Assembly: GCA_000708835.1 (NCBI GenBank)
Contig: DF237363.1
Coordinates: forward strand, 18,631 to 82,630
From: Klebsormidium nitens
Lineage: Eukaryota > Plantae > Klebsormidiophyceae
DNA length: 64,000 nt
Direction: 5' to 3'
Positions 11,124 through 28,931 of the stretch are shown here, piece by piece. Within the stretch, counting starts at the first letter, position 1. Every line of letters begins with the position of its first letter. The notes beneath the pieces are model-generated. The model was not told the origin of the DNA, did not search any database, and saw nothing but the letters and a program-made list of their open reading frames with translations. Made by a program: the position numbers and the translations under genes.

Positions 11124-14100
11124 TTATTGTTGCAACAATCGAGTTCGCACCCCAGCCGTCCACACGGCTGCTGCTATTGCAATTGCAAGCTTGGAATCGT
11201 CGACCCTCTTGAGCGTCTGGTTGTAGCCGCCGAGGAGCAGAGGCAATATGACCATGAAACTTTCGAGCCCCGAGTACCAACCTAGACTCCTGAACCCCTT
11301 CAGAAAGGAGTTCACCGACTCCACTGCACTAGTGTTCACCCAGTGAAGGAACGGGTAGGTGTCCGGGCAATTCGAGGGACCACACTTGTGTACCTCCTGG
11401 CCAGCCTTTGAGAAGTGAAATCTGTAAAACATGAAGATATACATCAATCCTGAGATGAGAATCGATGTACAACATTTCAAATTAACATTCACAGCTTTGG
11501 AGCCGCTCTGTCCAACTCCAGAATGAATCCCAATGTACACGCAACGGCAGATGACCACAACTCCACTCAATGTTATGCAACAAAGCCCACGGCTAGAGGC
11601 AGCTCTTTACACAGATTGTCCAGCCATGCAATTATGTGAAAGCACGCACCTGTCGACGACGAATCGAACCTTGGCAAAATGCGCCCCTTCCCGCCGCATG
11701 CAGTAGTTGCGCAAGGCACAACCATTGTCGTGAACCACGACCTCTGGCAAGTCCTCCCGCCTCAGCCGAGTGTAGAGCACAACAAACGCGTCCCTTGGGC
11801 TCTCTCCGCGTAGCATCACGTGGAAGCCATAGATGCACCTGTGGGGGCACGCGAACACATAGCCCCCCCTGCTCCTCTTTGGCCGCTTACTGGCACTTCC
11901 CTTCTTCCCCGAGAGCTTTCCGGCCCCTTTCACCAATCCGGGAACATTCTCAACGTCCCACTCCGTCATCGACTTCCCCGTTGCGCACTTGTTCTCCTCC
12001 GAGCTTCTACTGCGGCCGCCCGGATGCTCGAAGCTGCTATACCAGGGCAATCCCCGTTTCTGCTCCCATCCGGGAAACGAGTAGCACGCCAGGGCGTCCT
12101 GTTCGGCTCGGAAGGCATGCCCCGTTGGCAGCGGGTGAAGCTCTTCCCCGTTCTCATCTTGCCCCAGCCTCTCTCTCAGAAGCGAGCGCTCATGAGCGCT
12201 CATGTCCTCCCATTGCTGGGGGCTTGGCTCCAACCTTTCGACCCCTGGCAGCAATTTGTTTGCCAGCCCGCGCGCCTCGTCCAACTGCCGTCGCTCCTCG
12301 ATGCTAAGGGGACGTGCTCGAGCCTTCGTAAGAAGGTTGACAGCTCGGTTAAAGGGGTCGAGCGCCTCGTGCACCCAGCCGCGCCGCCCATCGGCATCGA
12401 AACCCGTTGCACCCCTTAAAAAGACGGTGATGAGGTAGAGATGGTAGAGGGTGCGCGTGGAGAAGGCCGGAAACGTGAGGCCGCCGTACGCGTCTAGGAT
12501 GCGTCGCAAGATGGGCGCGTCCCTTGCCAAGTCTCGCCTGTCCTCGAGAGTTGCCTCGCTCCCCAGCAAAAGCCTCCGGATCACGTGCAATGCGCCAGGT
12601 CCGATCAGATCCTCGTCGCTGTCATGCGCGCCCAGGCAATAGAGGATTTCCGTCCACTCTCCAACCCAGTGCTGCCACAGGTCTGGGCTCAACCCTCGCC
12701 TCTCAAAGTCACCCTGGATCCCCGTCAGCAACTTGAAGACGGCCAGGTTCCGGTCTCGCACCATCGTGCGCTGCTCAGTAAGCATGCGCCGTCTGCCGTC
12801 CTCGGGAAGCGACCTCTCCGCCTCATCCGGCCCGAAACGCTTCACGGTCTGGGGGTCCTCGTGAGCCAGCCCGTTCAGGAGCGCATTGAACTCCGTCTTT
12901 GACAACCTCTCCCCGAGCTTTCCGTCCCGCGGCCTGTGTTGAGAGAGGCGTGCAAGCGCTTCTCGCAACTCGGGTAGCAGCAAGAGCTTGCGCTTCAAGC
13001 CGCCTCCTCGGAGACTTGCCCCGCAGTAGTCGCGACCGGAGATGGGCCGCTTCTCAAGGAGCTCCCCCGCAGAGGTGCGGCTAGGATGGCAAAACGTCCT
13101 TCACGCGTCAAGCAAAGAGCTCCCAAGACCCCCCGGCTTCTGCGCGCCGTCCGCGCTGGCTAAGCCCACTATGCCGTCGCAGATGAGCACCTTGAAGAGG
13201 AGTGAGTAAACGAGTATGAGTCAACGGGTATGTAGAGCGGATATTGGATCAAAAGTGCATGACACATGATCGACCACTCAATTAGGAGATTGAAATCTCA
13301 ATGAATGTCGATTGAATATTGTTGAATCTACACGCATTGATGTCATTGGGTGTGCACTCACTATCAGCAAATGTACACTGATTGTGAAAGAATGTACACT
13401 CATCATCGTCAGACATCGACATCGCTACGGTCACAAAATTGGACAGACAGCAAAGACAGGACAGACAGAAGAATCTTGTGACCGCCAGCCATGTGGCTCA
13501 CATTTGGATGTGGTCCACAGAGCGAGCAGCAATCCCGAAGCCCCAGCCCAACCAGCTTGAAGAAGTCGAGGCTCGCCCGACGCCACGTCTCCTCGCTCAG
13601 AACCGCCGCGGTTGGGGTGTACTCGAACGCGGCCTGATCGCGCGCGAGCACGGCTCTGAAAGATTGGCCGCTTTGCATGCCTCGCAGGAGGAGCTGAAGG
13701 CTTTGTTGATGAAAAAGCGTACGTTTTGACCAGACGTAGAGCCCGAAATGCTCCCCGTCAAAGTGGACGGCATGGGCCCGGTCCAGGCACGAACAATGGT
13801 ACAGCCGTACTCGCACCTTCTTGCTCCACGCCGACGCCTCAACGGTGGCCTCTACCCAGGCCTCCACCCATTGAGTTCCGCAAGGGGGTGCTTCAATTGG
13901 GCAAGGGGCGCTCAGGAGGCCGCGTCGGGAGAGCTCGGCAAAGTGGCAGTCTCTGAGCTCGCTCAGGGGCACGGGGGATTGGAGGCACGTGACCAGAGGG
14001 TCGTGGACAGTTGAGGCGTCGCTGGGCCTTGCCAACTTTGGTTTGGAAACCTGAATGGCTTCCGTAGTCAGCAGCATCACAGGACATTGGGCCCGTTCGT

Positions 14101-15259
14101 GAACCGCGTGCGCGCAAGCGCCTTCGGCCTTTAGCGAGCTCAGCGTACAGCTCGAGCAGGCCGCAACCCAGCCGTGGATGGCCTCCTTCCCGCGAGCGTC
14201 TAACGGCGGCACCGTCCCCTCAGGTTCCGCCGGTCGGCCCTGCCCTAAGATGGGCGCACGTGCTTGCTTCTCCCAGAAACTCTTGCCCCTTCTCCTCCGC
14301 TTGCCTGCAGGCGGCTCATGAGCACCCCCTTCTTCCTCTCGTCCCATGACTCGGGTTTCGTGACCCTCCGTCTCCATTGGGCGTGCCTCGCCGAACAAGG
14401 CCGCGTGCCGTTTGCAAAAGCACCCCTCTCCTGCACACGCCGCCCCTTCGTGTGGCCGCCTCTGAAGCAGCCCCAACAAGTATTGCTGCTCACCTGTGAG
14501 CTCCCCTCCTTCTCGAGGCACGAGGCTTTCCTGCGAGGCAACCTCTGCCGGTACCGCCTTTCCACCCCCGATTTGCGGCAACTCCCCTTCGATCCATTTC
14601 TCTAACCAAGCAATTGCTGCCTTGGCAAATGGGGCCAATCCAAACGCCAGCCTCGCGCAGTCCGGCACATCCCCTTTTGCAAGAGCAGCCCGCGCCGTGC
14701 TTATGTGGACGCACTCTGTTAGCGATGGGCAACCGTCCCTCTTCCCTTCGCAGTACCAATTTCCGGCAACACTGTGAAAGAGCATGCGCCGCTTGGGGCA
14801 CGAGGGGCTTCTGGGGTTGTCGACCACCGCATAGTACGACCCCTTGCCGTCCCATGAGACCCGCTCGACGCTCACTCCCTGCCCAAGGGCCTCACTGGTC
14901 GGCAGCTCTCCGTTTGGAGCCCAGCTCTCGCTCAACGCCGCTAGAACCAGCTTGTGAACACACGGAGCGCTCTCCGTTAACCTTCCTCGATGACACGTGC
15001 AGCAGAGCACCCCAAGAGCGTTCCACCTCGCCATCTCCTGCAGCGCGTGGCTCTTGTCCGGCTTTCCCAGGGGTTTTGGCCGGCCAACTCCGTTATGGTC
15101 CCAAGCGCCCATGTACATCGACAGCAACGGTGCTCGAATGCTTCCGACTGGCAGGAAGATCTGGCAGTCCTTCCCCTCATCCACTCTCCTCAGGTAGCTC
15201 AACGCTTGAGCTTTTATGCTAGTTGCGGGTGCGCGCTCCTCTCCATTTGTTTCCTGCAT
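11124..15259 (-). mobile_element. KDZ (Kyakuja-Dileera-Zisupton)-type transposase with N-terminal SWIM and CxC zinc fingers, spliced, with one in-frame stop
   Basis: Exons join as ..CSLCGPHPN|VLICDG (first catalytic Asp) and ..VVD R|FHFSKAGQEVHKC..NTSAVESVNSFL (intron 11649-11422). Also GGYVFACPH..GESPRD and HDNGCAL; SWIM-like CxC..CxH motifs (CCTC..CVH, WYC..CVH, CSSC..CAH); CxC domain PCPIEAPPC..YHCSC..FDG. In-frame TGA at 13103-13101. Confidence 0.8.
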
Positions 15260-16203
15260 GGGCCCAGAAGGTCGACAAATGATGCATATGCTCCATTGGG
15301 CAGCTCAAACGTAATGTTTCCAAATCGATCAAAATCACGCGTCTTGAAGAGGTCCTTAAGCTTGTGACCCCCCAAAATACAATCAGGTTTTCTATCGATA
15401 ACTCTCAGGAGCACGTCAAAATTTCTGTCAGGCCTCTTCCTATTGATATTCCGAATGCACTGGCAAGTGTAACAATTCTCATGGAATTTGCAAAGCTCGG
15501 AGCTCCCTTTCAATCTGGCTTGCTGGGCCGCAGCTGTCATTTTGTCCTGATGCTACTAATGAAAGAAAAGAAGTTTGATGTCATTTGTCCTCACCGGCGC
15601 TTCAGGCTCGCGCACTCTTGGTTGCAATCCCTTGGCGCCACCTTTGTTGATAACCTGCTCAGCAGCCGTGAGCTGACGCTTTTTACGCTCTACGGTGCCC
15701 TCGTTCTGGCCTCTGAGAAACGAGATCAACGCGTCATCTAGCGCCAATACCTGCGTCCAGTAGCCAGCGGGATGCTGCTGTAGAATTGATGTGTTGGCAC
15801 CATCATCCAGCCGCTCGCTTAACGCAATGGTCCTGCCGTCGGCTGCTTCCACAACCTTGCCAAGTAGCTTCCCTATGCAGCTGAGGCAAACAAGAGACCT
15901 GGCCTGCTTTGCTCGGGGCACCTTTGCGCTGATGAGATAGCCTCTCTGCACTCCATTGGATTGCTGTCCTTTCCGAAACGCCAGCCGCAAGCAGCCCTCT
16001 TCGTCCTTAACCCATAGCTGTTGTCTACATGTCAGGCACTTGACCGCAACGCGCTCTTGGCAGCTGGGGGAGTCAACCCTAAAGTGACCTGAAGCTATAT
16101 GGTCGAATGTAGGTTTGTCTAACCTTATTCGTTCACCACTGCTAACCAAATCCACCTCTACTACAGCCATTTCCAACCCCCACTGCCTCAGATGGGATGC
16201 CAA
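15214..16203 (-). CDS. Cys-rich accessory ORF (or frameshifted 5' part) of the KDZ element
   Basis: ORF 16203-15556 can splice (YWTQ|gtattg ... catcag|DKMTAA) to ORF 15540-15214; CxxC pairs (CLTC, CLSC, CYTCQC). Its stop lies 45 nt past the transposase ATG. Confidence 0.45.
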
Positions 16204-19200
16204 AGGGCGGCGGCCTCTCCCTAAGTGCCTCTCTCTCCTCGGTCCGAACTTCCCGGGGCCTCGGTCCTACCCTTTCAGCTTGGTCTCTTACCTCTAAGCC
16301 CCTCAACCGACCACTACCGTGACATGCCTCAAGGGGCCCCGGTCGCTTGTCCCTAAGTTCCGACCGATTCGATGCGCGGGTGATCGAACCTGTCCAGAAT
16401 ACTGCTGGGGGTGTGCTGACGTGGCGTCCTCTCCAGGTCATGTCACCAAACTTACCGTCACGGCAGAACCCGGCAGCATCGGTAACCGTCCCGTCACCGT
16501 CCGATTCTTCTGGAACGATCGTCACCGTCGAGAGAATGCCAAACACCCCTTGGTAGGCCCAGTGTGCTTCGCAAAGACTGAAGGATACCCAAAGTTGACG
16601 GCCCAGCCACGTGGGAGTGCGCGCGCGACACGTCGGCCGAAGTAGTTAATATTACTAGTGTCACGCGGCAGCTCAGTAACCATGCCAGATAGCATAAGCC
16701 GCAAGCATAAACGATGCAGATTCGCCAGACTACGGACAAGTTCCGACCAGCTACAGATTACGTCATACTCGGTTTCTGTTTGTTGTTTGCTAATAGCTGG
16801 CAGGATTCAGAGTAGCCACGCTTGACACGGGCTTAGAATCATTGGCATAAGCAAGGTCACGGTCACGTTACAAACAACCTTGCTGCAAGCTGCCTAGCTA
16901 GCTGCAGTCCGTAGGTAGAAGCAGTCATATAAAGTTCAGCCCATGATAGACTAGATAAGAGTGCATCTCAGACTTAATTGAGGCCTGCGCGCCTTCAGAA
17001 ACTGCTAGTATAAAAGGCCAGAACTTGGAACATTCCATTTTAATTCCTACTTCCAGCAATCCACGTTTGCCTAGGGCTAGGAATTCCCACTCAAGACGTT
17101 TCCTTACTACGATCAAACAAGCAGCTTTCAGCTCTCGTTGTCCTTTCACAGTCATCTTGCAGCATTCTTTGTCATAGCAAGGCAGTGGCCAGAGTGCATG
17201 ACTTATATGAGCCCGACGGCGGGCGTTTGCATATGCAAATGACAAAGTGTGAATTGAAACGAAGCACTGAGCGTGCTCTTTGCAATTGAGATTGCAATGC
17301 TGATTTGAAACGAGTGGTACACCTATGGTGGTCACTGAACAATCACAGAGCTGATTGTTATACCATCAAAACTTGGGTCCAGCGCGGCACAGCGCCGCGC
17401 TTGGACAAGCCCTCTGCTTTTCAGCAGATTTGAACCAACTGTGAGTTTATCAGTCGTGGCCATTGCATATGACCTGACTGCCACCAATCCGACAGAAACG
17501 TGAACCCTTGATGTGATTCATGGGCGTTGTCTGAAAGCGTGAGCTAGAAATAGCAAGGAGGAAAGGAGCAGCTTCAGGGCTGCACCTCCAAACTTGACTC
17601 TTCCTTCACTGGAACATTAGCAGACCTATTGTTCCAACCCGACTGGTATGGGACAGTCCGGGGATAGTGACTGAACGAGTATGCATGATTGATTTGCCAG
17701 AGCTTCCGCAATCTGATCTAAGTTGCAGCTGCACGCCGACCAGCGCGGCCGCAGCGCGCTGCCCGGTTTCACAAAAGTTGAAGACTGAGCAACTAACTGA
17801 GCATACGCGCATAGAGTTTATCGACGGTCCAAAGGCCGGGACACGTCACCCGGCAGGATTAGCGGACCCGTCCTCTCTGGTGAAGCACACCAGGCACTGA
17901 TTAGGTAACCATTTATTATACCTAAACGCCCCTAAAAGTGTGCATGACTACGTTGATCATAGCCTATGGGACGTCGCCTGAAGCGGCACAGCACTGAGAT
18001 TTCCGGTCGAGTTTTGTCGGGTTTGTACAGGATAATCGCTGAACAAACCCGCCTGCGCGCGCCGCGCAGTGGAGCGGTGTTCAATGCTTTTCTGACCGTC
18101 CAATTTGTAAAATCCGCTGTAGACGGCCAGCTTCCGCCACATTCGGCAAGCCAGGAGGCTATATGAGCCGCCGTTGATGTGGACACCAGCCATCCGTATA
18201 ATCGGACGGACCGAAACAAGCCGTTGTGGCTTGATACGCTCTAGGTACCTGGAATCTCGGCGCACCGTGCACCAGGACAACCACACTCGAGTTCAAATCC
18301 CCGGTTCACGGATGATGGATTCCAGATCGACGTGAACCGGGAGCTCCCGTGCTATTTGCAGGAAAACCCTTCGGGGATACCTCTAGCTTTCCTCAACGAA
18401 AGTAGGACTACAGAATATGGCAGGAGAACATCTAGCAAAAGACCAGCGGGGAAATATTTGCTTCCAGCGGTACCCGGTTCAATTGACGCCAGCTCCAGCT
18501 GACTCAGCCGATCGAATCAGGAGCCGCCGAGTACAAATTCGGATCAGGAAGAATCTCCGCAGTTCATGTGGCTTGTGCCTTCGACCCGGGGCAGGGCGAG
18601 ACTACCACGCTATAGTGACTTTTATCCATAGCATGACACTTTCTTATTGTCTACGCGTCAAGACCACAATTGTGTCAAGCACGTGGCTGATACTGGGAAC
18701 GAAAAGTGCAACGCCTTGCCCGGGATCGTCCGACGTGGCTTTCTTGGCGGAACCTTTTCCGTGCAAGGTTCTTCACGCAGGCGAACTCCCCTCAATGCCA
18801 TCGTTCAGCTCCTTCAGCTCCTTCAGCTCCTTCAGCTTCTTGCTACAGAGCGACGGTTTACGGAGCCCTTGTTTTTCTCTTGCCTCCACGCCTCCTGGGT
18901 GTCACCTACAGATTCCCAATTCCCTGCATGTTACGCAGAGCCCTTCTCGCAAATCAAGCGGAGCTGTCCAGCTGTTTACAATGGTGGACGCGGCAATGAT
19001 CGCCCTCCTGTGGACGCAGCGTGGCCAGAACAAGCAAAAGTTGTAAGGGGCGACAATCTGATACTGAGCTATTCTCCACAGCTTGGCAAGCCCTGCAGAC
19101 GCGAGGAAGTTGAGCAAGTCGCTGTCAAATGAAAGACCGAATTTTCAATATAGATAATTCCTGCGGTCCTCCGAGTTTGTTTGACATTCTGGTTGTACAA

Positions 19201-19492
19201 AATGTCGCCAGATCATGGCAACGGCAATGGGTATTCGGCCTCAGGGTATACAGAGCTGGTTCACATCGCCTGCAATGGCCACAAGCACGATAGAACCTCT
19301 GGAGAAGGGACCTGAGAGCACAACCGATTGTCTCCTTTGTACAGTACAGTAACTAACAGGGACTTCCTGATAACAGTTACATAGACGGGCAATCCTCAAG
19401 TACGAACTGTTTGAGCGGGACAGTTTTGTCAAAGAGAGTCCCAACCGCAAAGAATCGAGTTTGTACAAATAGAAGACATTGTACTCATTAAC

Positions 19493-20533
19493 ATGGGTCA
19501 CAGGCTGCTGTATATCTTTTTGGTAGCGATAGTGCTGGCCACTGCAATTCCGGCCAGGGCAGTGGAGGGGAGAGTGGATGGGCGGCTCTGTCCTTTTGAA
19601 TTGGGCTTTGCCCCGTGCAACAATGCGAGCCGCCTCGTGTGCTGCCTGGGTAAGCTATTTTCACTGTGGATTCAAAGTTGTTTTTGAAGCCGCTTTCTTT
19701 TCTGCGACGTTGACCTGCTCAAGGGGACGACTCTTTCTTGTTAACTGGCTTGTTTGTTTACTATGTGACCAAAAGGAGCTCTCCCTTATGTTTCTGTCCT
19801 GGTTAGGTGCATCTAATAACCCTTTTGGCAGATTGAGCATGTCCAGTCTCTGGCATTTTGTGTTAGCATGTCGCCTCCTGATTGTGCGTTGAACCCTGTC
19901 GTAGATTGCCATGGGTGTTTATTGGTCATTGATCTCTCAGCTTTTGGACCAAGTGCGTAATGTTGTCGTATTGCATCACAAGCAGTTCTAGGAGTTGAAC
20001 TTGTTGTGCAAGCAATCCTAGTATCATGGGAAGGGAGTTACAGGCGGCCACGTTGAATCTGGAATTGCCCTTGTGCAGGATCATGCGGTTCCCAGAACTG
20101 CTTTGAGGTTGACCAGCCTGACGCCATGAAAGCAAAGTCGCTGCGCAACACGGGTGTCACCATCTTCAATCTCATAAAAGCCTTCAGCCAAGGCGACTGG
20201 GAGGCGGTAACCTCGCTGATGGCCGAAGGAGCCACGAGTAGCGGGCCAGGGTTTGAGGGGGGCTTGTCAGCTAAGAGCCCCCGAGCGCTGCAGTTGCAGC
20301 AGGCAGCGTTCACATATCAACCTGGCCAAGACTTGAGCTCGTCATTTCAAGTGCTGCAGTATGACCTTCTGGGGGGCAGCCCCCTCAAGAGCAGAGTGGT
20401 CGCGAGGCATCACACCAAGGCTTTTCAGTTTGAGGTGGATGGAACGTTTGAGTTAACCGATGTGGAGCCCGGGAAGAGGAAGTGGTTGATCAGGGAAGCT
20501 CATTTGAAGAACTTCCGGCCTTCCGGTTTTTGA
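19493..20533 (+). CDS. Secreted protein: signal peptide + six-Cys mini-domain + SnoaL/NTF2-like domain (~203 aa)
   Basis: Exons 19493-19649 and 20079-20533 join in phase 1 (ctg g|gtaagc ... gtgcag|ga tca). Hydrophobic N-terminus MGHRLLYIFLVAIVLATAIPARA; C-x8-C-x7-CC-x3-C-x4-C; IKAFSQGDWEAVTSLMAEGA resembles the SnoaL-like first helix. Confidence 0.65.
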
Positions 20534-21632
20534 GCCCATGGCGGGGCATCAGTTTTGTATGGTAGCTTTTTAGAACATTCTTGCGTGAACCTAGTGAGCA
20601 TTCTTGGTTCATCCTTGTAATAAGGAGGTTCCTGAGCAGACCGCCTTGCGAGTCTTGAGGACTTGAGATTGCTGCGGCCATCTAGAAGGTTTGTAAGAAG
20701 TTTTGGTTTAAAACCGCTTTAGATCTATTGGTCTAGTGAGTGAGTGTAAAACATATGAGTTGCGTTGATGGAGTTTTGTTGGCCAGAGAGTTGAGGGGCT
20801 CGTGCCCTTTCCGGACCAAAGTGAGTGTAGCCGAAGTCTTCAAGTGTTAGTCTGAATAGTCGAGGCGAAGGTTGGAAGAAGATCAGTTGCACATTTTTGA
20901 GGCCCGTGCAAGTCTCTAGAGTAGTGAGAACGTTGTGGGATCCTTTCGTACCGAGTCTAATCTTTCAATGTGACCATCGCTTTGATGGCGCTTAGCATTG
21001 TGACAACTCAAAGGCAGTACCCCCCATGTGCTGATCATTGGCAAGTGCTTACCAGCTCATGCACTGAAGAACGTTCTCTGACCTCCTGGTCAAATGAAAT
21101 TCGAAAGCAAACAAAACCCCGACAGCATTTCAGACACTGAGTCAAGCCCATAGTTGGTCATCCTTGATCAGCATGAGACAATGGATAAAAGATTTGGCAT
21201 GTTACAAATGTTAGGCCATTAAACAAGCATGGCGCCCATGATGCTGGACATGTGTCCCTTATAGGTCGCTGCAATATGACTAAATGAAGCCCAGTGGGTC
21301 CTCCCCTTGAATGTATTGTACATGCCATGGCGGCGTACTGCCTAATGATGCGTGACATGTGAATTTGGAAAAGTCACAGTGCGAATAGGATATACTTGCA
21401 GCTCTAGCTTATATCGTGCACAATCAGGTAAGTTATGCAAAGTTGGAATCATTAGGATCACATATTCGCACAAGCTATACCGAGAGAATCAGTAATAGGT
21501 GCACTGACGGTGCAAATGATCTGGATTTCGATGGTACAGATTAGATAACATGATATCAATCAGCCCAATATTATCTGCACTTGGCCGGGAGCTATTGGGT
21601 GAACATGCAAGCAAAGGTCAGAGGAAGATGCG

Positions 21633-23556
<1,924 letters not shown>

Positions 23557-24337
23557 CTATATTAGGTAGGTACAAAACGTGTCAAAGGGGGCAAAAAGCC
23601 TGGGGTAGGGCAATGCCAGGGCAATGCTCTCAAAAATCATGCACTCATGCACAATAAGCAAGACACCATCGCAGAAGAAGCAACTACCGTACCTAGGTCC
23701 TAGGTGAGGCCCTGAGGGCAAGGTCAAAGCAGTGCAAGGCAAAGTTTGCGTACGGTACCTATATCGACGGATATAAGATCGTGACACAACATCTGACGGT
23801 CAGCACTCAGCAATTCTGCAGCTTGCATGCAACCTCGATCCTTCTATCGTCAAATCCGATGGACGAGATTGCATCAGGGCAGTTGAGTCAGTGCCTTGAA
23901 GGAGGCGGCCGGGCCACTTCTTGGCCCTTGCACATGACGTGATATTCATGAAGTGTCTAGTATCTACCATCTTGACAAACCGGCCAAACCGGCGCCCTTC
24001 GTTGGGCTGCCAGATTGGATGCATGAATCTGTGCGTGCTAATAGAGATACTAAGGGCTGCAATTTTCAACGTGATCAGATTGTTTGGAGATCAAGAGCGC
24101 AGTACTTCTAGTAATTTTGCCGGCATAAAAATTTGAGAAGCTGGTGCAACACCAAGAGTCCTTTCGAGCGAGCGTTCAAATGAGATAAGCCTTACACAAC
24201 TGATTAGAAAGGCGAGAATTTGCTGACACTAGCCCATGGCTGATCGTACGATTGGAGCTTTCGTTTGCCAAACCCCCGGGTATCTCGACTCATGATCAGC
24301 AACTAAAGAATGTATTTGTTGATAACCTAGTAAATGA

Positions 24338-27167
<2,830 letters not shown>

Positions 27168-28931
27168 GATAAGGTGGCGCCAAGCAGGCCATCACAGATC
27201 GCACCCCGTGCGTTGCCCTAAAGAGACCTCTTTTTTCAAACTTGGCTATTGCTTAGAGGCGTCCACAATCCAATTTCATCAAGGTTACCATACTGATCTC
27301 CTGGACTCCTTAGGAGCATAGACGACCAACGTCTTGCAGAAACCCTTGGTGGTAAAAAGCGCCACAGCATGGGGCTGACACCATGCTAAGCAGTGAACTT
27401 CTTCTACATGGGTAGAAACATATGGCTTTTTAAATTACCTTCCAGACAGGATTCTCGTGGATCAACTTGTGCAATCGAGCTTCTTTGTAGTCCTATGAGC
27501 TGAATTCACAGCTTAGAAGTGCCTGGAAGCTTTGATAGCATGAAGCGCCCCCGCATGAATGGAACTTAGCAAATCACAGGGACTGACCGAGGTGTATACA
27601 GAAAGGAGTTGCTCTCAAATATTGCTTTTTGGGTTCCCTAACTCAGCATTCCTAGCTCAGATTATATTTATATGCGATCTTTTCTACAGGATCCATACGT
27701 ACAACTTTTTGATTGATGTGATAGTCCTTGTCTCAGAATGACACCTACAAATAGCAACCAAACAAAGGTTTTCTTCTCATCGCAGCCTGCTTTGAAACAG
27801 TGCCCTTGAAGAATCTGCCACCAGATTGCTGATCCACACAAACAGCTCGCATGATCAAAGGGCCATTACAGCACGACTGCATTCAAGTGCAGGGTTTCCA
27901 GGAGGTCTATGAAGAGCAAATGCAGAGATCAGCACATGTGGGCGACACTAATGATTTGGTCTGTCCCCCCAACAACCTCAGAACTTGCATTGGTGCAGAT
28001 AATTCTTCGAGATTTACCTTCATCACCCATCTGTTCCGCCACCTCCCTTCAGCCCCTTCTGCTCCAGCACAGGCCCTTCTACAGAGAAGTAATGCAGCCC
28101 TGTGCGGACGACTTTCAGCTTGAGCAGCTCTTGGCAGCGACGCGACGTTCTCAATGCCAAAACTCTTCACAGAAGGATTAGGTAATCAACTCATGACCCT
28201 TGATCCTAACATTGACAATCACAGCACGGGCATGCAGCTCCTCTGATCTGCGGTATCCTGGTGCCAATCTGACCTGAAGCCGGAGCTAGAAGGAACCGCA
28301 GGGTGGGAGCCAGGTGGGTGCACACTGTGCACAGTGTGGGAGGGTGCCTAAAATTTGTATACCGGTACGGCGAAACTGCATGACACTCTTTCACCCCCCT
28401 CCTTGCAAGGCTTCCCATAACATTCAATCGACGCGCGCGTTGAAACACCAGTGTCACTCAAGACCGGCGTCGGTTAAGGAGAAGAAAGACGAGAAGCTTG
28501 TTTGAGAGAGAATCGAAGTTGGAGCATCCGGTTTGCGTTTCAAGTTTGCCGCCGTGACCATTCGAATGAAACGCGCACTTGTGCCAATAAAGCTCCTGTG
28601 CCAGTGGGGGGGCGTTGGGAAAAGAACTTTTAGTTGCTTCCAGAACGAGCTAGCAAGGAAACATTCCACCAGTTGTCTTTGAATTGCATCGCCTTTCCAT
28701 GGCCATGGCCGGCTCAGCATCATTGGTGTTGCAGTTGAGACGATAATTGTGCTGCGCCGATGCTAAACAAGCTGAATCGTGTTTGGTGGCGTCGAAGAAA
28801 GTGCTGCTGATTCTCCGGCTGTGTTGCCCCTCTAGTCCCCACCTTTTTGGGGCATTGCTAATTTCAAATTGCAGCATTTCTGCGGTGATTTTTAGGTGAG
28901 ATTAGAGAAGTCCTTGTTCTGCAGCCTTGAG

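Noticed and set aside
11636-15222. Several long plus-strand ORFs over the KDZ element
   Set aside because: Antisense shadows of GC-rich coding sequence.
16200-16930. Search for KDZ terminal inverted repeat matching 11035-11100
   Set aside because: Only 6-7 nt matches found; no supportable TIR or TSD.
18220-18312. tRNA/SINE-like segment with B-box-like GAGTTCAAATCCC
   Set aside because: No convincing A box, D arm or anticodon arm; the acceptor stem is mismatched.
18417-19132. Overlapping ORFs of 209 and 161 aa with a (CTTCAGCTC)3 repeat
   Set aside because: No recognisable domain or consistent splice model; length partly explained by the short repeat.
27850-28880. Possible small minus-strand gene between GSDA and WSS1
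   Set aside because: Some exon-like stretches exist, but I could not assemble a phase-consistent model or recognise a product.
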